Positions 29,996-42,924 of a stretch of DNA of 52,454 nt are shown here, piece after piece. This stretch comes from Ramlibacter sp. GTDB lineage: Bacteria; Pseudomonadota; Gammaproteobacteria; Burkholderiales; Burkholderiaceae_C. The translations under genes were made by a program, and so were the position numbers. The stretch's first letter is position 1, and the number at the start of each line of letters is the position of its first letter. The stretch is from assembly GCA_028292105.1 (NCBI GenBank), contig JAQGMY010000102.1:1-52454 (forward strand). The letters are read 5' to 3'. The notes under the pieces were generated by a model. The model saw only the letters and a list, made by a program, of their open reading frames with translations, was not told where the DNA came from and searched no databases.

Positions 29996-32900
29996 CTACG
30001 GCCTCTTGGAGCGGCCCGGGCCGTCGAAGGCAAAGGTGAAGATCAGGTCGACGCCGGTGCGCTCCCCCGCCTCCGCGCGCACCGTCAGGCGGCGCGACAC
30101 GTCGTAGAAGATGAAGAGCGTGCCCATGGTTCCCGCCAGGCTGCGCTCGTACGCGGCGTAGAAGTTGGTGGCGAAGCGCTTGCCCACGCGCACCACGGCG
30201 CCGCTGGTGCTGTCCGGGCTGACGCTGAGGTCGTCCAGGCCCAGCTTGCTGGCAAAGCCCTTGCCGGTGCCGCTCTTGCCCGCGAGCAAGGCGGTCGCGG
30301 CGCGCTGCAGCAGCGCGGTCTCGGCGCCGCCACCGGCGGAGGAACGCCCGAGCACCAGGTAGGAAAGCGTCTCCGCCTCGGAGAGGCCCGCGTCCGAATA
30401 GAGTTCGATGTGCGGCGCCTGGGCGCGCCCGCTCACCAGCACGCCGACTTTCTGCGACATGTTCGGCCGCACCGCCAGGATGTCCAGCGCCGGGTTGTCC
30501 GCCTGGCCGGTGAAGCGCAGTTCGCCGCGCTCAATGGTCATGCGCTGGCCGTAGGCTTCGAAGGTGCCGCCCACGGTGTTGATCAGGCCCGTGATCTGCG
30601 GCGTGCCGCCGCCCGCGCCTTCGATCTGCACCTTGCCGGCCAGCCGCGTGTCGAGGCCGCGGCCGGTCACGCGGAAGTCGTTGCCCAGGTCGAAGCTGAT
30701 GCGCAGGGTCGTGGTGCGGCTGGCGGAGCTGGCGGTCGGCGTTGGCTTCGGCTGCAGCTTGCGTTCCGCCTGTGTCTCGGCCACGCCGGGAGCGTTGCGA
30801 ACGACGACGTCTTCGCCGAGCTTTGGCGGCGTGTCCTCGGGGATCACGATCCGGGCGCGGTCCACCACCAGCTGGCCGGTGACGCTGGTGCCGGAACTGT
30901 CGACTCGCGCGGCCACCGGCCCCGAGACCGTGAGCTGCCGGTCGCTGCGGATGCTGGCGCGCAACTGCGACAGCTGCGCCGTGGCCTGGAATTGCGGACC
31001 TTGCGGTGTCCAGCTGCCTTCACCGGAAGCCAGCAAGCTGCCGCCGCCGCCGCCGCCCTCCTCGCTGCCGTGCAGCAGGAATTCGCTCACCACCACCCGT
31101 TGCCCGGCCAGCTGCGCGCGCAGGCGGCCGTTGCGCAGCTCGATCCCGTCGACCACCGAGCGCAGCGCCAGGTCGTCCGCCTGCAGCGGCCCGGACAGCT
31201 CCGGTTGCGCGCGGGTGCCGGCGATGGTGATGTCCGCCTGCACCGAGCCGCGCAGCCGCCAGCCTGGCGGTGCCAGCAGCGACCACACGCCGATGCGCGG
31301 CAGGCTCGCCTGCACCCGGCCGGCGAGCGGCGCCTGGGCCGGCCACTCCCAGCCGTCGCCAGAGCGAACCAGCCGCGTGCGGATCTGGCCTTCGGCATGG
31401 CCCGCCCGTTCGCTGTCCCACAGCAAGGCGAGCACCAGTTGCTCGCCCTGGCTGCTGACGGTGAGGCGGGCATCGCGAACCCCGGCCGTGACGCGCGCCG
31501 CAGCACCATCGACACTTTCCGCCAGCACGTTGACGTCGCCGCGTACCCGCACCAGCGAAGCATCGAGCCGCACCGTGCTGCCCAGCTGCGCATTCCACTG
31601 GGCGTCGAACACCATGTCGCCAGACAGCGCCGAGCCGGCCAGCTGCGGCCCGCCGAACAACTCGATCCAGGCCATCGGCAAACCGCTCACCCGGCCCGCG
31701 GTGGTCAGCTGACCGGCCTGCCGCCGCACCGGCGTCCAGGTGAGGACCGCATCACTGGCCGGCGCGCCGCTGCGCATCGCCGGCGCGTGCAGCACGGCTT
31801 CGCCCGCGCCCACCTCGAAGCTGCCGCCGGCATAGCGCCAATCCACGGCCCGGCGCAACTGCAATTGCCACGGTCCGGGCGTGATCGAGGGATCCTGCAA
31901 GCGCAGGTCGAGTGTGGCGAACTGTCCGCGCCAACTGGTGGCGGCCCCGCCCAGCGTCGCGCCGACCCGACCCTTGACGTCGACGCCGACCTTGCGTTGG
32001 CCCTGCTCCGCCTGCCCCTGCAGGTCCAGCGCCGCGTCTCGCAGCCGCCCTTGCACTTGCAGCACCGCTTCGCGCACCGCCCACGGCGGCGGTTCGCCGC
32101 TTTCGGCCTTCACCGGCGGCTGCCACGCCAGGTTGCGCAGGTTGGCCCGCGCCTGCACGGTGGGATCGCTCCAGCCGCCTTGCCAGGCCAGCTGCGCCTG
32201 GGCGTCGCCGCGCAGGCTCAAACCCTTGAGGACGCCACCGACGCCGGGCCAGCGGGCCAGCCAGCGCTGCGCCTGCGCGAGGTCAGGCGCACCGACCTCG
32301 GCCGAGCCCTGCCCCCGGGTTTCGCCGACGCTGCCTTGCGCCTGCGCCTGCAAGCCGGGCGCGCGCAGGTTCAGCTTGCCGGTGCCGGCCTTGGCCGCGA
32401 TCTGCCATTCGAGCTCGCCTTCCAGCAAGGCGTCGCTGGTGCGCACGCGCAGTGGCGCCACCGAGACTGCTTCGCCTGAATAGCGGCCACGCGCCAGCAC
32501 ATCGCGCAACTCCAGCGCGCCGGCCACGGCCAGCAGCGGATCGTCCGCTGCACCGGGTCTGCGCCCGGATGCGCGCGGCCGGGGCGCTCCCGCCTGCAGG
32601 TTGACGTCGAAGGCGATCGCCTTGCCTTCGCCCTGCAGTTTCAGCGGCCCGGTCAAGGGCAGCGGCGCCAGGCTGCCATACAGCTGCGAGGGGTCCACCG
32701 CATCCACCCGGCCATCGAAATGCCAGCCCTGGCCTTCCCAGGCGCCGCTGCCTTCGACCGTGCCCCCGCCGAGCTTCGCCGCGATGGACTTCACCAATGC
32801 GGTGCCATTGCGCCATTCGCCTTCGCCCTTGGCAGAGGCGACCGGCAGGCGCTTCTCGTCCCACGGACCCGCGGCCGCATTGCGCACGTCGGCACGCAGC

Positions 32901-33811
32901 TGCCACGTCGCCGTCCCTGCGGGGACAACCTCCACGTGCCCGGACAGCAGCGTGCGCGGCGCGGTCGGCCACAGCATCGCGAGGTCCAGCTGGCGGAAAT
33001 CGGCGGCGGCCTGGTGCACCGGCATCCGCTCGAACGGGGTGATGCGGGCCGTCGCGGTGGCGTGCGGCAGCTCGCCGCTGCGCGCGGGCGCCGTGAGCAC
33101 CTGCAGTTCGCCCCGGGCATCGATCCGGCTGGCGGGCCCCTGCGCGCGCAGCTGGAATTCGAGCGGCACCTTGGCGTCGGCGCCCGGCACCGGCGCCTGG
33201 AACCGGCCGGCCAGCCTGGCGTCCAGCGTCAGCGGTGCCACGGCGAGCAGCGTCATGTCGCCGCTGTACTCGCCGCCCGCGAACTGAAGGGAACGCAGCG
33301 CCACGCGGTGCCGCAGGCCGTCGAACTCGTACCGGGCGACGATCTTGTCCGCCTGCACGTCGGTGCGCCCCTGGTATTCGAGATGGTCGACACCGGCCTG
33401 CACGACCATCACCCGCCAGGGCAGCCGCAGGTTGTCGGGCGGTTTCAGCGGCTCGTTGTCGGGCGGCCGCTTGTCGATCACGCGGACGCGGCCAACCTGC
33501 ACCTGCTGCAGGTGCAGCGTGCGGGTCAGCAGCGCCAGCGGTTGCCACTCCAGGCGGATGTCGTCGGCTTCGACCCGCAAGCCGTCCTTCTCCCAGGCGA
33601 TGCGCTGGATGTGGCCGCCGTGGCGCAGCGCGCCCTGCACCCCTTCGCTGTGCAGCGGCACGCTGCGGGCGACGCGGCGCAGCACCCAGTCGAGCGAGCC
33701 TTCCTGGCCGGACCACCACCAGAGGCCGGCGACGGCCAGCGCCAGCAGCAGCACCAGTCCCACCAGCAGCCCGGCGGCCCAGCGCGCGGCCCGTGCGGCT
33801 TGTGCTTTCAA
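29996..33811 (-). CDS. tamB: Translocation and assembly module TamB
   Basis: N-terminal TM anchor; C-terminal DUF490-like GTFEAYGQ...NPALDILAVRP...LSYLVLGR; TTG start overlaps the tamA stop. Confidence 0.9.
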   Translation of the reverse strand: MKAQAARAARWAAGLLVGLVLLLALAVAGLWWWSGQEGSLDWVLRRVARSVPLHSEGVQGALRHGGHIQRIAWEKDGLRVEADDIRLEWQPLALLTRTLHLQQVQVGRVRVIDKRPPDNEPLKPPDNLRLPWRVMVVQAGVDHLEYQGRTDVQADKIVARYEFDGLRHRVALRSLQFAGGEYSGDMTLLAVAPLTLDARLAGRFQAPVPGADAKVPLEFQLRAQGPASRIDARGELQVLTAPARSGELPHATATARITPFERMPVHQAAADFRQLDLAMLWPTAPRTLLSGHVEVVPAGTATWQLRADVRNAAAGPWDEKRLPVASAKGEGEWRNGTALVKSIAAKLGGGTVEGSGAWEGQGWHFDGRVDAVDPSQLYGSLAPLPLTGPLKLQGEGKAIAFDVNLQAGAPRPRASGRRPGAADDPLLAVAGALELRDVLARGRYSGEAVSVAPLRVRTSDALLEGELEWQIAAKAGTGKLNLRAPGLQAQAQGSVGETRGQGSAEVGAPDLAQAQRWLARWPGVGGVLKGLSLRGDAQAQLAWQGGWSDPTVQARANLRNLAWQPPVKAESGEPPPWAVREAVLQVQGRLRDAALDLQGQAEQGQRKVGVDVKGRVGATLGGAATSWRGQFATLDLRLQDPSITPGPWQLQLRRAVDWRYAGGSFEVGAGEAVLHAPAMRSGAPASDAVLTWTPVRRQAGQLTTAGRVSGLPMAWIELFGGPQLAGSALSGDMVFDAQWNAQLGSTVRLDASLVRVRGDVNVLAESVDGAAARVTAGVRDARLTVSSQGEQLVLALLWDSERAGHAEGQIRTRLVRSGDGWEWPAQAPLAGRVQASLPRIGVWSLLAPPGWRLRGSVQADITIAGTRAQPELSGPLQADDLALRSVVDGIELRNGRLRAQLAGQRVVVSEFLLHGSEEGGGGGGSLLASGEGSWTPQGPQFQATAQLSQLRASIRSDRQLTVSGPVAARVDSSGTSVTGQLVVDRARIVIPEDTPPKLGEDVVVRNAPGVAETQAERKLQPKPTPTASSASRTTTLRISFDLGNDFRVTGRGLDTRLAGKVQIEGAGGGTPQITGLINTVGGTFEAYGQRMTIERGELRFTGQADNPALDILAVRPNMSQKVGVLVSGRAQAPHIELYSDAGLSEAETLSYLVLGRSSAGGGAETALLQRAATALLAGKSGTGKGFASKLGLDDLSVSPDSTSGAVVRVGKRFATNFYAAYERSLAGTMGTLFIFYDVSRRLTVRAEAGERTGVDLIFTFAFDGPGRSKRP

Positions 33812-35595
33812 AACACGAAGCCCGCGCTGAAATGCAGCCGCAGCTTCTTCGCCTGCACGCCATAGGCCAGCGCTGCCTCCACCGGACCGATGGGGCTGCG
33901 CCAGCGGACACCGGTGCCGACACCCACCTTGGGCCTCAGGTCGCCGACCTGGTCGGCCACGGCGCCGGCATCGACGAACAAGGTGTGTTCGAACTGGGTC
34001 GGCTGGCCGCGCCGCACGATCGGCCGCTGCCATTCGGTGCTGCCCACGGCCAGGTAACGCCCGGGGCCGACCAGGTCACCGACCAGCGGGACGCCGATGT
34101 CCAGGAAGCGGTAGCCACGCACGGTGGTGTCGCCGCCGGTGCGGAACAGTTGCGTCGCCGGCAGCAAGGCCGATTCACGCGCGAACACCGCACCGCCTTC
34201 GGCCCGCAGCTGCAGGCGGCCGGTCTGCAGCGGCCGATAGCCTATCCAGCGCAGGACGGTCCGCTGGAACGGGCTGTTGTCGCCGCCCAGCGTGATGCCG
34301 CCGCCGACTTCGATGCCGATGCCGTAGCCGCTGGTGGGCATCTGCAGGTTGTCGAAATAGCGGCCGGTCCAGATGTAGTTGACGCTGAGCGCCGAACCTT
34401 CCCCGGTCTCCGAGGGCGTGAGCGGCACGCCGCGAGGATTCTGGACGGTCGAGCGCTCGTACTGCACATACACGTTGCGGTCGATCCGGTCGCCGTCCTG
34501 GAAACGCCCTGCCCGCAGGCGCTGGCTGTGCGTGACGAGTCGGTCGTCGTCGAGCCTCTCCGCCCGCGCCAGCACCGACCAGCGCCAGCTCTTCTCGTCG
34601 GGGATGGCGGTCCACTCGGTCTGGGCGTACGGGTTCTTCTTGTCGGCCTGCAGCTTGCTGACGGCGCGCCAGCCGATGCCGGGCAGCCGGTTGTGGATGT
34701 GCTCGATGGAAGCCCGCGGCCCGCCGTCGGTGGTGAATCCCACGCCCAGCACCACCTTCTGCAGCTGCGCTTCGCGCACGGTGACCTGGACGTCGGCCGA
34801 CTCGGGGTCGGACTGCGGATCGACGTAGATGAAAGCCGAGTCGAAGTAACCGCTGCCGGACAAGCGCAGCTGGGCCTGCACGATCTTCTCCTGGTCGTAG
34901 ATCGTGCCCGGCGGCAGCCGGGCCAGGCGCGGCACCAGCACCGGGTCATAGCGCTCCACGCCGGTGACCCGCAGCGGCCCCAGGCGGAACAGCGCGCCGG
35001 AATCCAGCTTCAGCCCGAGCCTTGCCGAGGCGGTGGCGGCATCGACATCGGCCAGGCTGTAGGTGATGCGTGCCGCCGGATAGCGCCGGGCGAGCAGCGC
35101 CTTGGTGGCGTCCGACTTGGCACGGTCCCAGCCGGTTTGCGTGAAGCCCTCCCCGGGGGCCAGGCCCCAGCCACTGCGCACGGCGTCCCGCTGCGCGATC
35201 GCGCCCGGGTCGGCAGTGGTCGCGATGTCACCTTCGAAAGCGATATCGACCGCGGCGACGCGGGTGCGTTCCCCCGGCTCGACGGCCACGACCAGCGTGG
35301 TGCGGGCGCCGGCTTCGCGGCTGATCTTCACGTCCGGCGCGAAGTAACCCTGGGTGGCCAGCAGTTCCCGCGCATCCTTCTCGGCCATCACGATCAGCCG
35401 GGCGATCTCCGCGTCGTCGAGGTCGCTCACCTCGCGGTAGCGGCGCAGCTCCAGATTGCGCTCGAGGATTTCCTTCAGCGGATCGGGGGCCCGCACGACC
35501 AGGTCGAACGACGGAGCAGCGGACTGGGCCGCCGCCGGCGCAGCCGCCACCGACAGGACGACGAGCGCCGCGGTGGCGAAAAGCTTGCGGATCAT
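33808..35595 (-). CDS. tamA: Omp85-family outer membrane protein TamA
   Basis: Signal peptide, POTRA region, FRTGGDTTVRGY, GVRWRSPIGP, C-terminal Phe. Confidence 0.92.
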   Translation of the reverse strand: MIRKLFATAALVVLSVAAAPAAAQSAAPSFDLVVRAPDPLKEILERNLELRRYREVSDLDDAEIARLIVMAEKDARELLATQGYFAPDVKISREAGARTTLVVAVEPGERTRVAAVDIAFEGDIATTADPGAIAQRDAVRSGWGLAPGEGFTQTGWDRAKSDATKALLARRYPAARITYSLADVDAATASARLGLKLDSGALFRLGPLRVTGVERYDPVLVPRLARLPPGTIYDQEKIVQAQLRLSGSGYFDSAFIYVDPQSDPESADVQVTVREAQLQKVVLGVGFTTDGGPRASIEHIHNRLPGIGWRAVSKLQADKKNPYAQTEWTAIPDEKSWRWSVLARAERLDDDRLVTHSQRLRAGRFQDGDRIDRNVYVQYERSTVQNPRGVPLTPSETGEGSALSVNYIWTGRYFDNLQMPTSGYGIGIEVGGGITLGGDNSPFQRTVLRWIGYRPLQTGRLQLRAEGGAVFARESALLPATQLFRTGGDTTVRGYRFLDIGVPLVGDLVGPGRYLAVGSTEWQRPIVRRGQPTQFEHTLFVDAGAVADQVGDLRPKVGVGTGVRWRSPIGPVEAALAYGVQAKKLRLHFSAGFVF

Positions 35596-35696
35596 GGACC
35601 TCGCACTATGAGGGGAAGGCGCGTTCCGCCTCGTAGGTGAAGTTCGACTCATGCAAACAATAGCGTAGCCGAGCTTGGCCGTGGCCATAATCGCGC

Positions 35697-36092
35697 ATGC
35701 GAATCCTCCACACCATGCTGCGCGTGGGCGAACTCCAGCGCTCGATCGACTTCTACACCAAGGTGCTGGGCATGAGCCTGCTGCGCATGACCGAAAGGCC
35801 GGAGCAGAAGTACTCCCTGGCCTTCGTCGGCTACGGCAAGAATCCGGAGCATGCCGAGCTGGAGCTCACCTACAACCACGGCGTGTCCGAATACGACATC
35901 GGCACGGCCTTCGGCCACATGGCCATCGGCGTGCCGGACGTTTATGCCGCGTGCGACAAGATCCGCGCGGCCGGCGGCAACATCACGCGCGAGCCCGGCC
36001 CCGTGAAGGGCGGCGACACCGTGATCGCTTTCGTGACGGACCCGGATGGGTACAAGATCGAACTCATCCAGCGGGAAGCTGAAGCGGCCTGA
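35697..36092 (+). CDS. gloA: Lactoylglutathione lyase (glyoxalase I)
   Basis: [30 protein letters not shown]. Confidence 0.96.
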   Translation: MRILHTMLRVGELQRSIDFYTKVLGMSLLRMTERPEQKYSLAFVGYGKNPEHAELELTYNHGVSEYDIGTAFGHMAIGVPDVYAACDKIRAAGGNITREPGPVKGGDTVIAFVTDPDGYKIELIQREAEAA

Positions 36093-36106
36093 TCGGCCGC
36101 CTGCCG

Positions 36107-36747
36107 TCACTTGCGCGCCAGGCGCACCGCCTCGGATGCCAGCTGCGTGATGCGCGCCCAGTCACCGGCGCTCACTGCATCGGCCGGCGTCAGCCACGAA
36201 CCGCCGACGCAGGCGACGTTCGGCAAGGCCAGCAAGTCCGCCGCGTTCTGCGCCGTGACGCCTCCGGTGGGGCAGAACATGACATCGTGGAACGGCCCGT
36301 GCCAGGCCTTCAGCATGGCCGCGCCACCGGCCTGCATGGCGGGGAAGAACTTGAGGGCGTGATAGCCCTCCTCCTGCGCCATCATGATTTCGCTGCCGGT
36401 CGACACGCCGGGCAGCAGCGGCAAACCGAGCGAATGGCAAGCCTTGCCGACGGCCCGCGTGAAGCCCGGGCTGACGACGAAGCGGGCCCCCGCCCCGGCC
36501 GCCGCCTGCGCATCGGCGGCACTGCGCACGGTGCCGGCGCCGACCACCGCGTCCGGCACTTCGCGCGCGATCGCCTCGATGCAGTCCAGCGCCGCGTCGG
36601 TGCGCAAGGTCACCTCCAGCATGCGGATGCCGCCGGCCACCAGCGCGCGCGCCAGCGGCACGGCATGCGCCACGTCGTGCAGCACGATCACCGGAATGAC
36701 CGGGGCGTCCTGCATCACCTCCAGCGGGGTGGGGATCTCGCCCGGCT

Positions 36748-36757
<10 letters not shown>
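36107..36757 (-). CDS. eda: KDPG/KHG aldolase
   Basis: VIPVIV, EVTLRT, GAGTV, KFFPA, FCPTGGV, CVGGSW. Confidence 0.96.
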
Positions 36758-38568
<1,811 letters not shown>

Positions 38569-38671
38569 GGTGTTGATCCTAACCAACACCGCCGGGCAAT
38601 GGGGCGCATGGGCGTTGGCAAGGGCTTGCCGGCGTGCAGGCGCGGCCGTTGCGGTCCGCTAGAGTTCGGGC

Positions 38672-39274
38672 GTGAGCGAATCGCCCAAGCCCCTGCGCGA
38701 CCCGGCCCCGATGCTGGAGAAGGCGCTCGCCGAATGGGGCGGGCAGGACGACCTCTGGGTCTTCGGCTACGGCTCGCTGATCTGGCGGCCCGACTTCGAC
38801 TTCGAGGAACGGCGGCCGGCGACGGTGCACGGCTGGCACCGGGCGCTGAAGATGTGGAGCCGCATCAATCGGGGGACGCCCGAGCGGCCCGGGCTGGTGT
38901 TCGGCCTGCTCTCGGGCGGCTGCTGCCGCGGCGTGGTGTTCCGCATCGCGCGCCCGCACGGCGGCGAAACGCTGGCGCGGCTGTGGACACGCGAGATGAC
39001 GACAGCGGTGTACGACCCGCGCTGGCTGCACGCCCACACGCCGCAAGGGCCGGTGCGCGCCCTGGCGTTCACGCTGTCGCGCCAGAGCCCGAACCACACG
39101 GGCGAGCTGAGCGCGGAGGAATACAAGGCCATCTTCGCCTTGGCGTCGGGCATCTACGGCACCACGCACGACTATGCGCATCGCACGCTGGAAGAACTGC
39201 GGCGGCACGACATCCGCGACAGGAACCTCGAGAAGCTGCTGCGGCTGATCCAGGGCGAACGGGCAAAGCCGTAG
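38672..39274 (+). CDS. chaC: Glutathione-specific gamma-glutamylcyclotransferase
   Basis: WVFGYGSLIWRP, RGTPERPGLV, LW.REM, G..G...DY. Confidence 0.9.
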   Translation: MSESPKPLRDPAPMLEKALAEWGGQDDLWVFGYGSLIWRPDFDFEERRPATVHGWHRALKMWSRINRGTPERPGLVFGLLSGGCCRGVVFRIARPHGGETLARLWTREMTTAVYDPRWLHAHTPQGPVRALAFTLSRQSPNHTGELSAEEYKAIFALASGIYGTTHDYAHRTLEELRRHDIRDRNLEKLLRLIQGERAKP

Positions 39275-39281
39275 GGCGCGT

Positions 39282-39356
39282 GGTGTGCAAGCGGAGCTTG
39301 CACGCCCTACCGCGCCGTGCCGGGGTCGTAGGGTGTGCAAGCTTCGCTTGCGCACC
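39282..39356. repeat. Two GTAG-type REPs between convergent genes
   Basis: 39282-39310 (minus) and 39328-39356 (plus), same family as 46-116 but in the opposite relative orientation. Confidence 0.85.
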
Positions 39357-39357
39357 A

Positions 39358-39888
39358 TCACCCCCGCAGTGCCGCCTCGATGCGCGCGAGGTCCTGCACC
39401 GTATCGACGTCCGTCACGATGCCTTCGTCCTGGAGTTCGAGCCGCACCGCCTGCGCGCCGCGCACGATGGCGGCAGCGCCCTCGGCACCACGCAATGCCA
39501 GCAACGCCGGCAAATGCTCCACCGCGAAGCCGACGGGGTGACCGCGCCTGCCCTCGTACATCGGCAACACCACCGAAGCCGTTTCCAGTGCCGCAGCAAC
39601 CGCTAGCAGCGACGCCGGAGCGATCAGGGGCAAGTCGCCCGGCAACACCAGCCAGCCGCCGGCATCGGCGGTGGCGCCCACTGCGGCGGCGATCGAGTCG
39701 CCCATGCCGGCATGCCCCGCATCTTCCACGTGAAAAGGCAGCCCGCTGGCGCGCACCGCGGCGATGGTGTGCTCCAGCAGGGGCTTGCCGGCCAGCAGGG
39801 CATGCAGCTTGGAGCCGCGGCCGCCGGAGGCGACGAAACGATCGCCCCGCCCGGAGGCGAGCACGAGAACGACGACGGGAGACTTCAC
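39358..39888 (-). CDS. MobA/MocA-like NTP transferase
   Basis: [37 protein letters not shown]; GTG start. Confidence 0.88.
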   Translation of the reverse strand: MKSPVVVLVLASGRGDRFVASGGRGSKLHALLAGKPLLEHTIAAVRASGLPFHVEDAGHAGMGDSIAAAVGATADAGGWLVLPGDLPLIAPASLLAVAAALETASVVLPMYEGRRGHPVGFAVEHLPALLALRGAEGAAAIVRGAQAVRLELQDEGIVTDVDTVQDLARIEAALRG

Positions 39889-39973
39889 CCGCCGATTGTC
39901 ACGCCATCCGGACTCGCGCCGGCGGTCAGTGGCAGCTTGCACCCCCTCGTGGCGCCGATGCGAGAATCGGCCC

Positions 39974-40621
39974 ATGAGCAGCACCTCCGACCAGATCGCC
40001 GAACTGCGCAAGAGCTATGAGCGCGCCGAACTGAGTGAGGACGCCTCGCATGCGGAGCCGCTGCGGCAGTTCGACCAGTGGCTGACCGAAGCCATCGCCG
40101 GCAAGGTGCCGGAGCCGAACGCGATGACGCTGGCCACGGTGGCGAGCAACCTGCGCCCGAGCACGCGCGTGGTGCTGGTCAAGGGCTACGACGAGCGCGG
40201 CATCTGCTGGTACACCAACTACGAAAGCCGCAAGGGCCAGGAACTGGCGGGCAACCCGTTTGCGGCGCTGCAGTTCCACTGGGTGGAGCTCGAGCGCGTG
40301 GTACGCATCGAGGGCCGCGTGGAGCGGGTCAGCGCTGGCGAGAGCGATGCCTACTATGCGAGCCGGCCGCTGGACTCACGCATAGGCGCCTGGGCCAGCC
40401 CGCAAAGCCAGGTCATCCCCGGTCGCACCGTGCTGGTGACGAATGCGGCCAAGTACGGCGCGCAGTTCCTGCTGAACCCGCCGCGCCCGCCGCACTGGGG
40501 CGGCTACCGGCTGGTGCCGGACGAATGGCAGTTCTGGCAAGGCCGCAAGAGCCGGCTGCATGACCGCCTGCGGTATAGGTCCGCGGGCGGTTCGTGGATC
40601 AGGGAGCGGCTGGCACCGTGA
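39974..40621 (+). CDS. pdxH: Pyridoxamine 5'-phosphate oxidase
   Basis: [50 protein letters not shown]. Confidence 0.97.
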   Translation: MSSTSDQIAELRKSYERAELSEDASHAEPLRQFDQWLTEAIAGKVPEPNAMTLATVASNLRPSTRVVLVKGYDERGICWYTNYESRKGQELAGNPFAALQFHWVELERVVRIEGRVERVSAGESDAYYASRPLDSRIGAWASPQSQVIPGRTVLVTNAAKYGAQFLLNPPRPPHWGGYRLVPDEWQFWQGRKSRLHDRLRYRSAGGSWIRERLAP

Positions 40622-40627
40622 ATGCGG

Positions 40628-40743
40628 ACAACCGGACGCAGAAATCGCAGAGGTTCCGCAGAAGACGCAGAAGGACTTCCGAAAAGTTTCTCAGGTTTCC
40701 TTGACTCTTTCGCGTCTTCTGCGAAGCCTCTGCGTCCGGGTGT
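40628..40743. repeat. Long inverted repeat built from CGCAGA units; possible bidirectional terminator
   Basis: CGCAGAGGTTCCGCAGAAGACGC (40646-40668) pairs with GCGTCTTCTGCGAAGCCTCTGCG (40712-40734); lies between convergent pdxH and msrA. Confidence 0.75.
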
Positions 40744-41283
40744 TCAGCTGCGCTGCAACTCGCTGAAAGTCTTGCGGAACTTCGCCACCTTGGGCGCCGC
40801 CACCGCCATGCAGTAGCCCTGCGTCGGGTTCTTCTCGAAGAAGTCCTGGTGGTACTCCTCGGCCGGCCAGTAGTTGGTCACCGGCTGCACCTCGGTGACG
40901 ATGGTCTTGCCGAACAGCTTCTCCGCATTGGCGCTGCGGATCAACTCCTGCGCCACTTCCTTTTGCTCCGGCGTCGTGTAGTAGATGCCGCTGCGGTACT
41001 GCGTGCCCACGTCGTTGCCCTGCCGGTTCATGGTGGTGGGGTCGTGCACGACGAAGAAGATCTCCAGCAGCTGGCGCGTGCTGACCTGGGACGGGTCGTA
41101 GACCAGCTTGACCACTTCGTTGTAGCCGGTGGTGCCGCTGCACACGTCGTCGTAGCTGGGGCGCCCGGTGCTGCCGTTGCTGTAGCCGGACTCGACGTCG
41201 GTGACGCCGCGCACTTCCTTGAAGACGGACTCGGTGCACCAGAAGCAGCCGCCGCCCAGGACGATGGTTTGCAAGTCGCTCAT
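40744..41283 (-). CDS. msrA: Peptide-methionine (S)-S-oxide reductase
   Basis: GGGCFWC, RQGNDVGTQYRS, AEEYHQ. Confidence 0.97.
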   Translation of the reverse strand: MSDLQTIVLGGGCFWCTESVFKEVRGVTDVESGYSNGSTGRPSYDDVCSGTTGYNEVVKLVYDPSQVSTRQLLEIFFVVHDPTTMNRQGNDVGTQYRSGIYYTTPEQKEVAQELIRSANAEKLFGKTIVTEVQPVTNYWPAEEYHQDFFEKNPTQGYCMAVAAPKVAKFRKTFSELQRS

Positions 41284-41344
41284 GCTTGTCTCTCCTTCAT
41301 GCGAACACCTTACCATCGGCGGCCATGCACGACAGCAGCCCGCC

Positions 41345-42139
41345 ATGATTCCCGGCGAACTCAAGCCCATCCTCGCTTCGCTGGTGCTGCCGCCGGCCGG
41401 GCCGCTGCTGCTGGCCCTGCTGGCGCTGCTGCTGGCGCGGCGCCACCGCGGCTTCGGCATCCTCGTCGCCGCGCTGGCCATCGTCGCGACGCTGGCGCTC
41501 AGCACCAACGGCATGGCGGTCATCCTGGCGCGCCACCTGCTGCCGCCCATGAAGGTCGCGCAGCCGCAGGACCTGCGCGACGTGCAGGCGATCGTCGTGC
41601 TCGGTGGCGGCGTGGTGGAACAAGCGCCCGAGTACGGCGCGGCGCAACCGACCGGGCCCACGCTCAACCGTCTGCGCTACGGCGCCTGGCTCGCGCGCCA
41701 GACCGGCAAGCCGCTGGCGTTTGCCGGCGGCATCGGCTGGGCCGCTAGCGGGACGGACGTGCCGTCGGAAGGCTCGGTGGCGCGGCGCGTGCTCCAGGAG
41801 GAGTACGGCCTCACGCCACGCTGGGTCGACGACCGGTCGCGGGACACCGTGGAGAACGCCCAGCGCATCGCCGCCCTCCTGCGACCCGCCGGTGTGCGTC
41901 GCATCGCGCTGGTCACGGAAGCCACCCACATGCCGCGCGCCCTGCTGGCTTTCCGCGATTCGGGCCTGCAAGTCGTGCCGGCGCCGACCAACTTGCCGGC
42001 CCCGCTGGAACGTCCCTTGCTGGAATGGCTGCCGTCCGGTCCAGGCGCCAGCACCAACCGGATCCTGCTGCGCGAATGGCTGGCCCGCCACGTGGCGCGG
42101 ATGCAGCCAGAACCGGGCTTTACGGCTGGGCTGCCTTGA
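41345..42139 (+). CDS. YdcF/ElyC family (DUF218) protein
   Basis: N-terminal TMs, [24 protein letters not shown]. Confidence 0.9.
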   Translation: MIPGELKPILASLVLPPAGPLLLALLALLLARRHRGFGILVAALAIVATLALSTNGMAVILARHLLPPMKVAQPQDLRDVQAIVVLGGGVVEQAPEYGAAQPTGPTLNRLRYGAWLARQTGKPLAFAGGIGWAASGTDVPSEGSVARRVLQEEYGLTPRWVDDRSRDTVENAQRIAALLRPAGVRRIALVTEATHMPRALLAFRDSGLQVVPAPTNLPAPLERPLLEWLPSGPGASTNRILLREWLARHVARMQPEPGFTAGLP

Positions 42140-42182
42140 CCCGTGGCGCCCGCAAAGTTACATTACTAACCCGTCAGTCATT
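42136..42182 (+). promoter_or_regulatory. Promoter and candidate TetR operator of the efflux operon
   Basis: TTGACC-17 bp-TACATT followed by imperfect palindrome ACTAAC-CC-GTCAGT. Confidence 0.6.
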
Positions 42183-42240
42183 AAACCCCCGGCGAACCCG
42201 CGCGCCTCTGGCGCGTCGGCGGGAACGCTCCGGTTTCCAG

Positions 42241-42924
42241 ATGCCCCTCAGCAAACTTGCCGCGCGCGGCAACGACGCGTTCGCCAGGCGCGGCCGCCGC
42301 AAGGAAGCCCGTCCCGGCGAGCTGCTCGACGCGGCGCTGGACCTGTTCGTCGAGAAGGGCTTCGCGGCGACCCGGTCGGAAGAAGTCGCGGCCCGCGCCG
42401 GGGTCTCCAAGGGCACGCTGTTCCTGTACTTCCCGACCAAGGAAGACCTGTTCGAGGCCGTGGTGCGGGAGAACATCTCCGGCCGCTTCGGCGAATGGAA
42501 CGAGGAGTTCGACGCCTTCGAGGGCTCCACGGCCGACATGGTGCGCTATTGCATGCGCATGTGGTGGGAGCGGATCGGCGCCACCCGGGCGTCCGGGATC
42601 ACCAAGCTGATCATCAGCGAGGCCCGCAATTTCCCCAAGCTCGCCGAGTTCTACCAGCAGGAAGTGATCCGGCCGGGAACCGCGCTGGTGCGCCGCATCC
42701 TGCAGCGGGGCATCGCGTCCGGCGAATTCCGGGGCATCGACCTGGACTACGCCGTCTACGGCATCGTCGCGCCCATGACCTTCCTGCTGATGATGCAGCA
42801 CTCGCTGTGGGCCTGCGCGCCGCAGGACTGGCCGATGGACCCGGACCGCTACATCGCATCGCAGGTGGACCACCTGCTGCACGGCCTGTGCGCGCGGCCG
42901 CAAACCAGGGAGGGGACGGCATGA
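42241..42924 (+). CDS. TetR/AcrR family regulator
   Basis: [21 protein letters not shown]...[16 protein letters not shown]. Confidence 0.94.
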   Translation: MPLSKLAARGNDAFARRGRRKEARPGELLDAALDLFVEKGFAATRSEEVAARAGVSKGTLFLYFPTKEDLFEAVVRENISGRFGEWNEEFDAFEGSTADMVRYCMRMWWERIGATRASGITKLIISEARNFPKLAEFYQQEVIRPGTALVRRILQRGIASGEFRGIDLDYAVYGIVAPMTFLLMMQHSLWACAPQDWPMDPDRYIASQVDHLLHGLCARPQTREGTA